A stretch of 64,000 nt of DNA from Eukaryota sp. TZLM1-RC (lineage: Eukaryota > Protista > Metamonada: BaSk clade), in NCBI GenBank assembly GCA_040285825.1, contig JAUPSS010000010.1, forward strand, positions 680,881 through 744,880. The letters run 5' to 3'. The position numbers were made by a program, and so were the translations under genes. Positions 12,945-24,853 of this stretch are shown here, piece after piece (position 1 is the stretch's first letter; every line of letters starts with the position of its first letter). The notes under the pieces are model-generated. The model searched no databases, had not been told where the DNA came from, and worked only from the letters and a program-made list of their open reading frames with translations.

Positions 12945-14444
12945 ATTTATCCAGAAAGTGGAGTTCATTGTTTTACCAGACCTATTCAGTAACACTTTTT
13001 TAAAATTTTCCAAAAAGTGCAACCCTGAAGGTCCAATATTGCCAAAAAGAGAAATTGCAAACGGCACAAACTGATATTTCACATGTTCCACTCTACCTCA
13101 CTGTGCCAAAGGTTCTTCATATTTTTTTATCTTCTTTTTTTCGGCGTTAGATAACGGCGAATCAGCGGAATACACTAAACGAGCAGCAGAATTTTTGCAA
13201 ACATCAACTGAGACAACATCTACAACATTGAGAACACCATCGATCCCTGGAGCTACTAAATCTGCCCTTCTTTTACCAAAGGAATCATCCGTTTGATCTG
13301 AAGACAGCTTACGTACTAGTGGCTCAATAAATGCCTCTATATTGTAACTTTTGCACATGGCATATAATTGATCACGAACTGAGTCATGAACAATTGAGCG
13401 ATAAGTTATAAAATACTTACAGTTTAAAATATGGGAAAGCGTAACAACACTCTTGCAGCGACAAATTAAATCATTTGGTAATGAACAAGGCCATAGAAAA
13501 CATCTCATTCTCATTGCAGTGGTCCATTGGTGATCATTAAGTAGAAGGCCATAAATGTTGGGAATTTGGGAGATTAGGCAACTTGAGCAACTGTCTTCAA
13601 GGTCAATCAAAAAGTTTGCAAAAACGGGATTTTTTTCCTTAGCCAAGCTAAGACGTACAATATAATCCAAGTTTTCTAAAACTTTCAAGATTCTTTTCTG
13701 CAATTTTGCAAAAGTCAGTGGTAAGGAGAGCAAGCTTCTTGAAGGAAGTTCCACAATATCAGAGGGGAAACATTTAGCCCAAATATTGGGTGAAAGAGTT
13801 TCAATTTCCTGTTGCAAAGAAATAAGATAAGAGCTGCCACAATTTTCAATGAGATGAATTATTTCAGGAAAACGATTCACAAATTCATAAATAAAATTCT
13901 TTCCACCTCCAATAAAGGCAGCTTTACAAAGGTAGCTTGATTTATGAAAATCAACACCACCAAAATTTGTACCACAAAAAATGTGGCTTCGTAACTGAGA
14001 TGCATCAATTTCCAATAATTTTGCTAAAAAATTGGTTCTTTGTTCATTAAAAATTTGACAAAACTCCAAAGAAATTGATGGTGATGTTGATCTCAAAATA
14101 TGAGTAAATTTTCCAGAATAACAGATTTTTAGGAAAAAGAATTTCAAATGTTTCTCAATATTTAAATTTTCTATTGATTCTAATTCATTTCCAAATTGAG
14201 TCAACAGAGTCGAAAGTTGGATCGAATTAGAGAAGCTTTAGCTAGACAGCAAGCAGATCAAGATTTTGTAGAGGAAATCTTGGTTCAATGATAGTCGTCC
14301 CATTAGTTATGAGTTAATTTAATTAAGTGTGCAAATTCAATAAATACATTATGTTTTTCTGACCAACTCGGATCTGTTAGTCATATTTCCATCAACAGTT
14401 CATTTTGGGAAGGATACAAACCAAGTTAAGGTTCGGCAACTGTT

Positions 14445-14903
14445 ATGCCTTCTCTTAAAACGGGCTATCTAGAAAAGAAACCTTATCTACACAAGCGTTT
14501 TCGAAGACGTTACTTCGTTCTTTCCTATGACGAACTCACATATGCTAAAGATCCTCAATCTCCACTTTTAGGATCGATTTCTCTAACAGATGCTCTTGTT
14601 CGTCCTTATCTCGACGACTCTGGGAAACATAGCTCCGTTTTCACAATCAAAAACCCTGTCCGTACCGTCTACATTCGTGCAACATGTGATGATAACATGA
14701 TGCAATGGATAAATGCTATACGAGCGGCCATTGAGTCTCCCTCTGTTGATCTGATACCGATGGTCAATTTCTCCCTTTTCCATAACTATTTTGCTCCTAA
14801 GAATGCATCCCGGTCCAATTCACCCGCAGTTAAGGCTAGTGTTTCGGAACTTTTGGATAGTTCGGAGGAAGAGGTGGATCTTGAGAAGTTGATTGATTGT
14901 TGA
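14445..14903 (+). CDS. PH-domain protein
   Basis: KTGYLEKK..FRRRYFVL..LTYAK..LGSISL..VFTI..RTVYIRA..MMQWINAI is a canonical pleckstrin-homology pattern. Confidence 0.9.
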   Translation: MPSLKTGYLEKKPYLHKRFRRRYFVLSYDELTYAKDPQSPLLGSISLTDALVRPYLDDSGKHSSVFTIKNPVRTVYIRATCDDNMMQWINAIRAAIESPSVDLIPMVNFSLFHNYFAPKNASRSNSPAVKASVSELLDSSEEEVDLEKLIDC

Positions 14904-17387
14904 TTTTTTTAGTTTTTGTGTGTTGTGTAAGTTATTAGTATTGCTTTGTAAATTTTTGTACATTTTTATCTATCTTCAACATGTATTTTGTAAAAATTTG
15001 AATCAATTTAGTTGAATATTTACAAATGGTGTCAAGAGCTCAAAAATATTGGACTGCTGCAAGCTTCTTCTTGACTTAAAACACAAGTGTTTACGAATAA
15101 TCCAACCCCTAAATTCATTTTTTGAAAAATAATTGATTCAACACTCTCAACATCAAACATAATGCAAAACATCGACATACAACCAGATGCTCTGTTCGGA
15201 GCAAGAGGTGGATCTTGAGAAGTTGATTGATTGTTGATTTTTTTAGTTTTTGTGTGTTGTGTAAGTTATTAGTATTGCTTTGTAAATTTTTGTACATTTT
15301 TATCTATCTTCTACATATATTCTAATTTACATTTTGGTAACAACATTTTGAGTTCATCAAGTGGCGTAAAGCAAGGAGATCCGTTAGGACCTCTTTTGTT
15401 TTGTTTGGCCATTCATCCTATTCTACTGCAAATTCAAGAGATGTTTCCTTCACTAAAAATGATTGCATATATGGATGATGTTGTGCTTATTGGTGATTTA
15501 AATATTGTGAAAAAAGCAACTGTATGTTTTAAAGAATTATTTACCAAAATTGGTCTCCGACTTAATTTACTTAAATGTGTTTTGTTATCGAATTCTCCAG
15601 TTTCCACAATAATTGATGATATTGAAATTCAAGCCAAATTATGGTCAATTGATGCTATTCGTCATTTGGGTTCGTTTTTAGGAAATAATGATGAAATTAC
15701 CAAAAAATTGTTTGAAAAGTTGAACTCAATTTCTGACAAAATTGACCGAATGATGAATTTAGATATAAAAAAACAGATCAAATTTACCATTATAAGACTG
15801 TGTTTTAGTTCCAATTTTAATCATATATTTCGATCTACAAATCCTCTCGTCACTAGACCTTTGGCTCAAAAGTTTAATGAGTTACGTGCAAAAGTTCTGT
15901 CTCAATTACTGGGATGTAAAATGTTTCAAATTCCAGATCATGCTTACCTTAGTCCACATTATGGTGGTTTAGGGTGGACGAAGGCTTCTATTCTTACCTC
16001 GTGTGCTTTTGTTGGTGGATGCAGAAATGCAATCTTTGAGTTTTCCGAAAGATTTGCAGATTGGGAAGATTTATTGATGACAACGCAAAGTTCCACTGTG
16101 TTTGCATTAAATGAAGAAATTTCAAGAATTGATGTAGAAAAATGGGGTCGATGTTTCCCCAATCATTCAATGGCAATATTCCAGAAAAAAATGTTTTAAA
16201 TTTGAAGTACACTCTTCGAACATTACAGAAAAGATTGACTGGAATGTATGAAAAAGATCTTTATAATAATATTTGCAGCTCGGCTGTTTTAAATCAAGAT
16301 CGTCACTCATTGTTATTGGAAAAGGGTGTTTGTGAAAACAAGGCGTCAGATTCTTCACTTTTTGTAACCATTGTACCACGAAGATTTGGATTGTGTGCCA
16401 CTAATGAAGCATTTGTAACAAAAATGAGATTATATTTGAACATCCCCATTAACCAATTATTATCAAAAGAAAAATATATTTGTTCGAATTCACCTCAACT
16501 CACTTTGCGCCATGCTCTAAATTGCTCTAAATTGATAACTTATCGTTCTTCATTACATGATGCTGTTAGAGACACTGTTTTCAATATGGCACAAACTGCA
16601 AGGATATCGTGTATCAAAGAGCCCCTGCTGAAGGAAACACTTTCTCTGAATAATTTTGGTTCTGATGATAGAGGTGATGTATACTGTGATTGGATTGATA
16701 ATTCTGAAGCTATTGTTGACTTTGTCTCATGTAATGTTGCAAACGATACTTTGGTTCACAGAAGAAAACTTAATCCTGTGGCTGCTCTGGATTTTAAAGC
16801 AAAAGAAAAACATAGAAAATATGATAAAGAAATTGAAGATGCAAATGTCGATAGAAATACACAGCTGGTTTTTATTGCTTTCCCATTTTCGATAAATGGA
16901 AGATTATCAGTTGAAGCAGAAACTTTTTTGGATGACTTCCAAAAAATGGTGAAAGAAAAAACAATGAAAAGATTTGATATTTTTTATGGCGTTCATGGAT
17001 TCAATTTGCCATTATTAATAGATTACCGCGGTTTTTCAATCGAATTAGAGAAGCTTTAGCTAGACAGCAAGCAAATCAAGATTTTGTAGAGGAAATCTTG
17101 GTTTAATGATAGTCGTCCCATTAGTTATGATTTAATTTAATCAAGTGTGCAAATTCAATATAATATCTTCTACATGTATTTTGTAAAAATTTGAATCAAT
17201 TTAGTTGAATATTTACAAATGGTGTTAAGAGCTCAAAAATATTGGACTGCTGCAAGCTTCTTCTTGACTTAAAACACAAGTGTTTACGAATAATGCAACC
17301 CCTAAATTCATTTTTTGAAAAATAATTGATTCAACACTCTCAACATCAAACATAATGCAAAACATCAACATACAACCAGATGCTCTG
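14861..17387. repeat. 334-bp tandem duplication (copy 1 14861-15194; copy 2 15195-15316 + 17176-17387, split by a LINE)
   Basis: Near-identical repeat containing the PH-gene 3' end, the intergenic region and the first 11 codons of the ubiquitin-like gene. Confidence 0.9.
15317..17163 (+). mobile_element. 5'-truncated family A CRE-clade LINE (RT C-terminal half + RLE)
   Basis: SSGVKQGDPLGPLLF, AYMDD, HLG, RGDVYCD. 12-bp TSD TATCTTCTACAT at 15305-15316 and 17164-17175. Confidence 0.93.
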
Positions 17388-17660
17388 CATTCTTACGTAG
17401 ATGAGGTCGAGCAAGAAGCTTCAGGGGGAAGCATTGACATACATATCACACTTCCATCAGGCGAGACTCTGACCTTCCTTTGTCCATACTCACAGACCAT
17501 TGAGTATGTCAAGTATCAGGTTGTGCGTAAACGTCCCGAAATAGAACAAGATTTTGGACTTTATCTCGGAGAGGAGAGATTAATTGAACCCATGAGTCTA
17601 AATGATTATGACAGTATTGCTCCTGATGCCCCTTGTGTTCTGAATATGAAGTTTGAGTAG
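17355..17660 (+). CDS. Small ubiquitin-like (beta-grasp) protein
   Basis: IHITLPSGETLTF..SQTIEYVKYQV..LYLGEERLIEPMSLNDY ubiquitin-fold pattern. No C-terminal GG. Confidence 0.75.
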   Translation: MQNINIQPDALHSYVDEVEQEASGGSIDIHITLPSGETLTFLCPYSQTIEYVKYQVVRKRPEIEQDFGLYLGEERLIEPMSLNDYDSIAPDAPCVLNMKFE

Positions 17661-17817
17661 AGATGTAGTTGGTCTTAGTTGGCTATTCTCGCCTTTGTTG
17701 TATTTAAACTTGCTACATATGTGGTTAATCTCAATTGTACTCAATATCCACACATAGCTGATTAGTTAATTAGTTATTTTAAATCGTGAAGCCTAGAAGC
17801 AAAGCAACACCATACTT

Positions 17818-18640
17818 TTGATTGTTTTGATTATTCTTACAGCTGGAAAATGTACACGTGTTCAATTTCAAACAAAAGACTCTGGATGGACGGTTTTATT
17901 TAGAAATCCAGTCATCTATTCAATGATTTACGCAAACAACATTAACATTAACATCTTATCAAAATCCAAAGTTGTCACAGAGGTTGACCCTAATGGATAT
18001 AATATCATCAGACTCGGATGTTTTAAGTTTCACCAAAAACAAGAACAATTTCTACACAAAAGGCAAACATTAATATCAAAATTTAGGAAGAAATAGTTTA
18101 CTAAACAAAATTGTTTAGTTTCTCAATTCCGAATAAGAAAGCTCCCAAGTAAAGGTATCTGAAATGCAAAATGGATTTAGTAAAAGCCTATGTGAAACTG
18201 AAACTACTTCACGATTTGTATTTGCTCCCAACACACCGTAATAACCATGTACTTGGAAAACCCAGATTTTTACGCCATAGAAATAGGCAACAGAGTGGAA
18301 AAAACTATTTTATACTAAGTAAGAGTTTGCTGAATTTACACAGTGATAAAGATGGCGTTCCAGGAGACCTTCTAATTGGAATCGGGTATTGGAATCAGAA
18401 GACAAATCGCAAAGGAAAAACTTCGCCTGTAAGTGGTGTAAATTTGAGAAACAATGTAAATCAAACAAAATGGATTCAAAGTATACCTGGGTGGAAGAAG
18501 GCAGAACTAGTGCTAGATGTTCGTCATGTGTGTACGATGATAGAGAAGGTATTACAAAGAGTAAGTTAAAAGTACTTTGAAATATAAATAAACATTTACT
18601 TGATCCAAACACTTTGATTAGAAATGAGAGGGAAATAAAT
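17818..18640 (+). pseudogene. Fanzor1-like RNA-guided nuclease relic (C-terminal half)
   Basis: In order: QFQTKDSGWTVLF, RuvC-I VVTEVDPNGYNII (D at 17986), bridge helix LGKPRFLRHRNRQQS, LLIGIGYW..KGKTSPVSGVNLR, RuvC-II + Zn WVEEGRTSARCSSC (18488-18529). Frameshifted, and no RuvC-III seen. Confidence 0.75.
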
Positions 18641-19011
18641 TAAAATGACTTAAAAAAGATGTTCGTGTGATAGGAAGAGTGTGTATATGAGAATGTTTGG
18701 ACATTTCGGTTCTCTGAGTGAGAATGATAAGAAAAGGAATGAAGTAAAAGCAAAAGGAACTGACGAAACTTGACCAACTCAAGAAACAAAAGAACAAACT
18801 GAAATGGGTTGCCTGTCATGGATTGCTACACTGTCAAAACAGTAAATTCTGTGACATCCACTGGGACCGGGATTCCAACAGTACAATTCATATCTGCAAC
18901 ATTACGTGTTTCCATACAGCAAAGAGGAATTGTTGGATTGTTGGTGAAGACTTTTGTCAAAAAGTAATTTGTTTTTGTTATAAAAAGATAAGTTGATTCC
19001 CGTTTGCATTA

Positions 19012-20958
19012 ATGAAGACCCTACCAGCAGCTCTTGGGTTGAAGAAGAAGTATGCACTTCAATCAGCTTCTCCTATTTCTACAGCAACACCAGACTCTAC
19101 ATCTGCCACACCAACACCGGGAACGGTCCAAACTACTACTACATCACCTAAAGTAAGTCCTCTCTCACGTACTTCTTCTGTCTCCAACGTGGCACAGCAA
19201 AACGAGGAAGAATCCCGCCCTGCAACCCCTCCTGACACCGAACCTCCTCAACGTGAGCCCTCTCCTCCCCCTACAGAAGTCCCACCACCGCCAACTCCAG
19301 CTCCTGAACCAAAAGCCAAACCAAAACCACGAGGCAGAAGAAAGTCAAAGCAGCACCAACAGTCAAAATCTTCTTCTTCTCGTAATGAAACCCAACCAAA
19401 TTACGCAGACTATCTCGTTACCACTACATTCACAAGATCTCAGGCTAGGGCTCTGGGTGTCGACAGAACTTCTCCCAAACAGGGAAGAGATTCATCAATG
19501 TCTGATTTTGTGGATCCATCAATGACGAGCAACATACTTTCCTCCCTGAAAAAGAGGGAAACTAAAAAGAAAGTCAAGGAAAATGAAGAAGTGTATTGTG
19601 TATGCAGGCAGCCCTTCTTTGGAATTATGGTCTGCTGTGATTCTTGTGACGAGTGGTTCCATATAGAGTGTGTGGGATTGACACAGAAGGAAGCGGACGC
19701 AGTGGATCATTGGGAATGTCATACCTGTTTACAAAAGAAGACGGTCAAAACAGAAGATCAAAAAGATGACGTGATGAGTGGGAAGGACGTTAAAAAAGCA
19801 GAAAAGGTACAACCGGTCAAAAAACCAGCTCAGAAAACCAAAGAACGAAAAAGAAAAGCAAAGACTGATGACATGCCCTCTAAATTACCCCCTGTGCTAC
19901 ATTGTAAATCTTGTGGAATGGTTTGTGCTGACGAAGATAGTTTCTGTAATGACAATTGCAGGGTTACATTTACACATTCTTTTGTTTCCGGTTCTCGGTA
20001 TGCTGAAAGTACTGATTTCCCATTACCTTTGGTGAAAGTAGAGGATCAGAAAAATGACGTTGTAGGTCATGCAGAGGGGAAAAAGGAGGAAATAGGAGAG
20101 AAAATGGAAGAATCTATAGAGCAGAATGATACAAAGGTTGAATTAGAAGCTCATAAAGATGACGTGGTGGGTCAAGAAGAGGATATTTCCAAAGACTCAG
20201 TTGGAGAATGTGATCAACCAATGGAAGGTGAATCAGTAGAAATTGCAAACCAATCAAATCAGTCAGTTTCCTATCCACCAACTGACAGTCAAATACTCTC
20301 CCAATCATTAGTAGAAACAGTGGTAGATCAAGTTGTAAGTTCTTCACGTGAAGAAGTGGCTCATTATTCTCAAGAATTTCCACAAAATGCTGATGAGAAA
20401 GGGGATGGAGAAAAGGAACAAGAACAGGAAAAAGAGGAAAAACAGGAAACTGAAGAAGTAGAAATGAATGATCAAAAAGAAATAGAAAGGGAAAAGCAGG
20501 AAATGGAAGGTGAAGATTCAAAAGAAAAAGAAGCATTAGTTTCTGGAGATGATACAGTCCAGCAGCCAACTTGTGATTCCAGTCAATCAATTACCGACCC
20601 TCAATCAGTTGCCGATGAAGCTCTTGATGACGCCGAAGTGCAAGAAGTAATCAAAATCCAATCAGAAATGATTGAACTTGAACAATCAAAAACCAAACTC
20701 TCCGCAAAACAAGTGGAAGTAAACGAATGGTACAGAAACCTTGGTCATTTACGAACTTCTCGATCTTCCCTCTGTGGATTCCAGCTCTCAGATGGTGGCA
20801 TGTGCGAGGTCTTGGATTGTAAAGAACATTTGGGTCATGAGGAAACAGTAAAGGGAAGGATAAGTTCCCAACTGGAGGATATTAATAAACAGATAGAGCG
20901 GAATAGGCAATTATCGATACGGATTTATAATAGGTTGGTTGAACGAAAAGACCTGTAG
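19012..20958 (+). CDS. Spp1/Cfp1 (CXXC1)-like PHD-finger COMPASS subunit
   Basis: PHD VYCVCRQP..MVCCDSCDEWFHIECVG..WECHTC, C..C...FC..C motif, C-terminal CG..C..CKEH..HE motif typical of Cfp1/Spp1. Confidence 0.75.
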   Translation: MKTLPAALGLKKKYALQSASPISTATPDSTSATPTPGTVQTTTTSPKVSPLSRTSSVSNVAQQNEEESRPATPPDTEPPQREPSPPPTEVPPPPTPAPEPKAKPKPRGRRKSKQHQQSKSSSSRNETQPNYADYLVTTTFTRSQARALGVDRTSPKQGRDSSMSDFVDPSMTSNILSSLKKRETKKKVKENEEVYCVCRQPFFGIMVCCDSCDEWFHIECVGLTQKEADAVDHWECHTCLQKKTVKTEDQKDDVMSGKDVKKAEKVQPVKKPAQKTKERKRKAKTDDMPSKLPPVLHCKSCGMVCADEDSFCNDNCRVTFTHSFVSGSRYAESTDFPLPLVKVEDQKNDVVGHAEGKKEEIGEKMEESIEQNDTKVELEAHKDDVVGQEEDISKDSVGECDQPMEGESVEIANQSNQSVSYPPTDSQILSQSLVETVVDQVVSSSREEVAHYSQEFPQNADEKGDGEKEQEQEKEEKQETEEVEMNDQKEIEREKQEMEGEDSKEKEALVSGDDTVQQPTCDSSQSITDPQSVADEALDDAEVQEVIKIQSEMIELEQSKTKLSAKQVEVNEWYRNLGHLRTSRSSLCGFQLSDGGMCEVLDCKEHLGHEETVKGRISSQLEDINKQIERNRQLSIRIYNRLVERKDL

Positions 20959-21469
20959 TGTATAGTAAACTTACTTTTTTGGATTTTAAACAAAATGTAA
21001 TTATTGAATTTTTGGAATAAAAATTATTACTCAATGCGTTTCTTTATTGTAATTTCCTAAAATTGTTGATATCAAAGTATCTAGTTAAGATTTAATTTAA
21101 CATGTTGAAATCTTATTTCTTCGGTTAAATAAACACAAAACTTGAAACAAGGGATAAAAGTTGATGAAGAGTTTGATAATTTTATGCTCAGAAACTTTCT
21201 GATGATGAAAAAGGAAATCATTTGTGAGTCAGGATGATTTTGGGCCAAAATTTAATGAAATTCCTCAATAGTTGAACAATTCAATTAGTTAATCTAAACT
21301 AAATTAGGAGGGCAAAAGAAAACGATGATCTACTACATTGCCCGGTCACACGAGTGCAGGACGGCATGCTGATTCCATATGACGATCAATAAAACATGTC
21401 TCCCAAATACAACCGTCAACAAAAACTATTTCAAAATATTAGTTTTCCTAATAGAAAGTAGTGCCTTGC

Positions 21470-22100
21470 ATTCGGGAACATAATTTCATGTTGCTTTGTG
21501 TTTATGGGAAGCATCATATAACTAATTAGTATATGCTTTATTGAAAGGCCTTGTAATATAGTTATGTATTATTAAAAAAAGGAGCAATAAAATCACCACG
21601 ACGAGAATCAAACTATTATCACTATAATGCTTTAACAAGGGTTATACTTTGCAACTAAAATTGTAACACTTAAACATTTCAAAGGTCTCATCACGATGAA
21701 GTAACTTCTTACAACTCACAATATGACGAAAATGGTATACAATTTTTCGTTGCCGATACAAGTAGAATTATCCAAAAGACCACTTGGATACAGCCCTAAT
21801 CTCAACCGCATGTTTTGTTTCCAAGCTTCATTTGTTAAGTGAAGACCAAATGTATTGGTTGCTGAGAAATTAAACTAGTGCAATTTTGACTGTCTGACAA
21901 AAAGACAGCAAAAACGGGATTATTAATCTTAGTCACACTAAATCGTTTAGAAAAATCCAGGTCTTCAAAACCAATAAGAACAGACTTCTGTAATTTCACA
22001 ACAGGAAGATGAAGATAAGACACAGATCTCGAAGGTACAGAAGGCAAACTTGAAAGAAAACACTTATTCCACACATCAATAGGTATTTTTTGCACCCTGA
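21470..22100 (-). mobile_element. Decayed CRE-clade LINE fragment (family E-like)
   Basis: VWNKCF..PSRS..KLQK..FEDLDF and RRGDFIAP-like RLE remnants on the minus strand. Confidence 0.65.
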
Positions 22101-22167
22101 AAAACAATGAAAAATATGAAAAATAAAAACAATATTTCAAAAACAATCTTATAAAACAACACAACTG

Positions 22168-24369
22168 ATGTCTCTCTCCGATCTTCAAGCTAGAACTAAA
22201 GCTAATGCTTTTCGAGTAGGGCTTGATGATGTGCCTGATGTAGAACTTGACGTACAACATCTTGTTACTCCTATGGCCGGAGTGCATCCCATATCTCCCG
22301 TAAGCCCTCAGCATGGCACTTCTTATGTATTTGCACGGGAAGGAGTCGATGCTATGGCCACAAGCCGCAACATTGATTCCCTTGACATCGCTGCCCCTCC
22401 ACCTGAACCGTTTTACCCCATGGATGTTTCCCAATTCCTTCGTCAACGTAACCAGTCCATAATACTCTCTGCTATTGATGATTGCAAGGATATGCTGCAT
22501 GAGTCATATGCACTCCTTACAGATAACATTATATCTGAAGACTGGAAGGCTCGGCAGACTACTATTCTAGATTCACTTGGTGCCACCACACCAACCCCTT
22601 CTGTGCACGCAATGCCACGTCACCCATCACGCCATCCATCGCGTCAGCAAGTTACACGTCAGCAAGTGTCACAACCAGGCAGTAGAGCCGTGGCTAAGGC
22701 TGCATCAGATCGGGAATCTTTGCTTGGAGAAGCCCTTGAAACTACTTTAAAACATCACCATTCCTCTGAATCGAGCAAATTAACCTCACTTTTATCAAAT
22801 TTCCATAATGCCACGTCATCACAACGCAACAATCCTTTGGAATTACAGCTATATAGGGCATGGGATTTAGTTTGCTATCTACTTAAAAATATAAAGGAAG
22901 GTGTAGTTACCGACCAAAACAGATATTTCAGAATTCAATCTATCAAATATTTGGCTAAACAGTATAAAGAACATCGACCTAGAAGTGGTGAAACGTTTTG
23001 GGAAGGGGTTTATTATTATTTGAGGACAAATGATCAATCAAAAGTGATTGAACTGATTCAGACTCAAATGGAAAGAAATCGTCATGATTTGACCCTCCAG
23101 TCAGCAGGTGAGTTGATTGTTAACTGTCTTTCCGAAAACGGAATGTATGACGTGACATCGACAATGGCCGGAAACTTACATGACCAATTATTAAAAATTT
23201 CAACATCCAAGGTTGATCCACATTTACAAGTGATCCTTACTTGTCTGTCAGGAAGAGATCCAAGATCAACATCAAAAATTGTCATGTCTTCTGTCGAAGA
23301 TTTCATGTGGTTTAAACTAATGGTCGCTGAAAGAGAACCTCATAGCAACTATGGTATCAATGATTTGCAGAATTTACTACTCAAATATGGTCCACAGCAT
23401 TTTAATGCAAGAGGTGAAAATTCTGTACTTTACTTTAATCTGTTAATATTGTCTCAAAATTTCACGAAAGCGTGTCAGTATTTGTTTTCAATGGAAAACA
23501 CTCTGACAGATGCGGTTTATTTTTCAGTCTTGTTTTGTCATTTGAATTTAATTCAAATGACATTTGAAGATGATTCTGTATTGCTATCTGATTCTGAAGG
23601 TTTAGATTTATCTAAATTAATTTGGAATTATTATTATCCAATTGCACATACTTCTCCTCGTTATTTAATTAATTTAAGTTTTCTATTACCAAGGAGTATT
23701 TCGGTTGAGTTACTTTCAAAATTAATTACTTTTGTTTCTACGGAAGCTTTAGATTTAATGACCCGAAAACTGTCACGTGATTTGATTGATGACGTTTTCA
23801 ATGAGGTAACTGTGTTATCACGTGACTTGGATGACGTGGATATGGTCAAAATTCTTGAAATTACTGGAAAATATGATATTATTGTGGTTAATTTGATTGA
23901 TCGTCTGTGTTCATTTTTTTCAAGATTTGCTGATACATTGTTGCCTCAAGAATTACAAAATCGTGATGTGCTTATTGACCTTTCCATTGACTTTTATAGA
24001 AAACATCAGTCAAATTTGATTGGAGTTTCTGGTAAGGACATGAACACCTACACTTTTTTGATGGAAATTGGACTTTTTTATAAAAATTTAGAATATAATC
24101 GAGTTGATGATGCTTTCTCCAGCATTGCTAAATTATCAGTTTTTCCTTTTAGAAATACCACCGTGGATTCTTCAATATCATTTTTTAGAGGTCTCTCTGC
24201 TCAAGTCAAACGAATTATTCCACCTTTGTTATTGGAAACTGTCAAATTATTGGGAAAAAGAGAAGAAGAATATAGGAATGAAATTAAAGATTTGGTGTCA
24301 TATGCTAGTAAATTACCTTTTGATTTGCCTGTAGAAGTTTCCAGTCGTCTGGCTCGGTTGGAAGCATAG
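22168..24369 (+). CDS. NUP93: Nuclear pore protein Nup93/Nic96
   Basis: WEGVYYYLR, SVEDFMWFKL, LQNLLLKYGPQHF, LYFNLLILSQNFTKACQYL motifs. 733-aa intact ORF. Confidence 0.85.
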   Translation: MSLSDLQARTKANAFRVGLDDVPDVELDVQHLVTPMAGVHPISPVSPQHGTSYVFAREGVDAMATSRNIDSLDIAAPPPEPFYPMDVSQFLRQRNQSIILSAIDDCKDMLHESYALLTDNIISEDWKARQTTILDSLGATTPTPSVHAMPRHPSRHPSRQQVTRQQVSQPGSRAVAKAASDRESLLGEALETTLKHHHSSESSKLTSLLSNFHNATSSQRNNPLELQLYRAWDLVCYLLKNIKEGVVTDQNRYFRIQSIKYLAKQYKEHRPRSGETFWEGVYYYLRTNDQSKVIELIQTQMERNRHDLTLQSAGELIVNCLSENGMYDVTSTMAGNLHDQLLKISTSKVDPHLQVILTCLSGRDPRSTSKIVMSSVEDFMWFKLMVAEREPHSNYGINDLQNLLLKYGPQHFNARGENSVLYFNLLILSQNFTKACQYLFSMENTLTDAVYFSVLFCHLNLIQMTFEDDSVLLSDSEGLDLSKLIWNYYYPIAHTSPRYLINLSFLLPRSISVELLSKLITFVSTEALDLMTRKLSRDLIDDVFNEVTVLSRDLDDVDMVKILEITGKYDIIVVNLIDRLCSFFSRFADTLLPQELQNRDVLIDLSIDFYRKHQSNLIGVSGKDMNTYTFLMEIGLFYKNLEYNRVDDAFSSIAKLSVFPFRNTTVDSSISFFRGLSAQVKRIIPPLLLETVKLLGKREEEYRNEIKDLVSYASKLPFDLPVEVSSRLARLEA

Positions 24370-24853
24370 AAATTTCATTGTGTTTGTTTGCAATAAATAC
24401 AGTTTGTAATAAATATTAGTATTTGTTCCATAGATTACTCACTATAACTGCACGAAAACTAACTAAAAGTACTGCTCTAGTAATAAACAGATGGTCTTTA
24501 GTGATTCCGATAGTAAAAATTAAACCTAAAAATGTAGAAATCGGAACAACAAGGTTAACTGACAGTTCCAGAAAAAGGAATCATTATTGAAAAAGTGGTA
24601 AGCTACTTAGCTTTAAACTGCGCTAGTGGTTCTTGAGGTTCAATCAGCCAGTTGAGAAAAATGTTCTTCATTGGTATTGAAAACCCAAATAATTAAGCTA
24701 CAGTGGCAACTCAATCAATGAGTGATTTGACATATGCTAATAAACCTCAACACTGGCAGTTGTTGTATTGTTGTAAGTGATTACGTTGCTGTTATTGGAA
24801 TTGTTTCATTCTTCAAACAATTCCTTTCAAATACAAATAACTTACAACTACAA

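Larger units (their letters stand above)
9327..14220 (-). mobile_element. 5'-truncated family B LINE (middle layer), split by family C element
   Basis: 368-aa ORF 13098-14204 (RRADLVAPGIDG RLE). The 3' end continues at 9512-9327 with a poly(A) (poly-T on +). TSD ATCGAATT at 9319-9326 and 14221-14228. Matches 29200-29790. Confidence 0.88.
9129..14348 (+). mobile_element. Family A LINE 3' fragment (9129-9326 + 14221-14348), outer layer of a triple nest
   Basis: Family A sequence breaks at ...TTCAATCGAATT (9326) and resumes at 14221. Flanking near-duplication TTTTGTTTTCTGAC (9115-9128) / TTATGTTTTTCTGAC (14349-14363). Confidence 0.85.

Noticed and set aside
11359-16199. Programmed ribosomal frameshifting in LINE ORFs
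   Set aside because: Frameshift positions differ between copies and fall in homopolymers. Other copies are in frame at the same sites (e.g. 4621-4640 vs 16152-16165).
21835-22500. 221-aa minus-strand ORF
   Set aside because: Chimera of antisense Nup93 sequence and a decayed LINE fragment.
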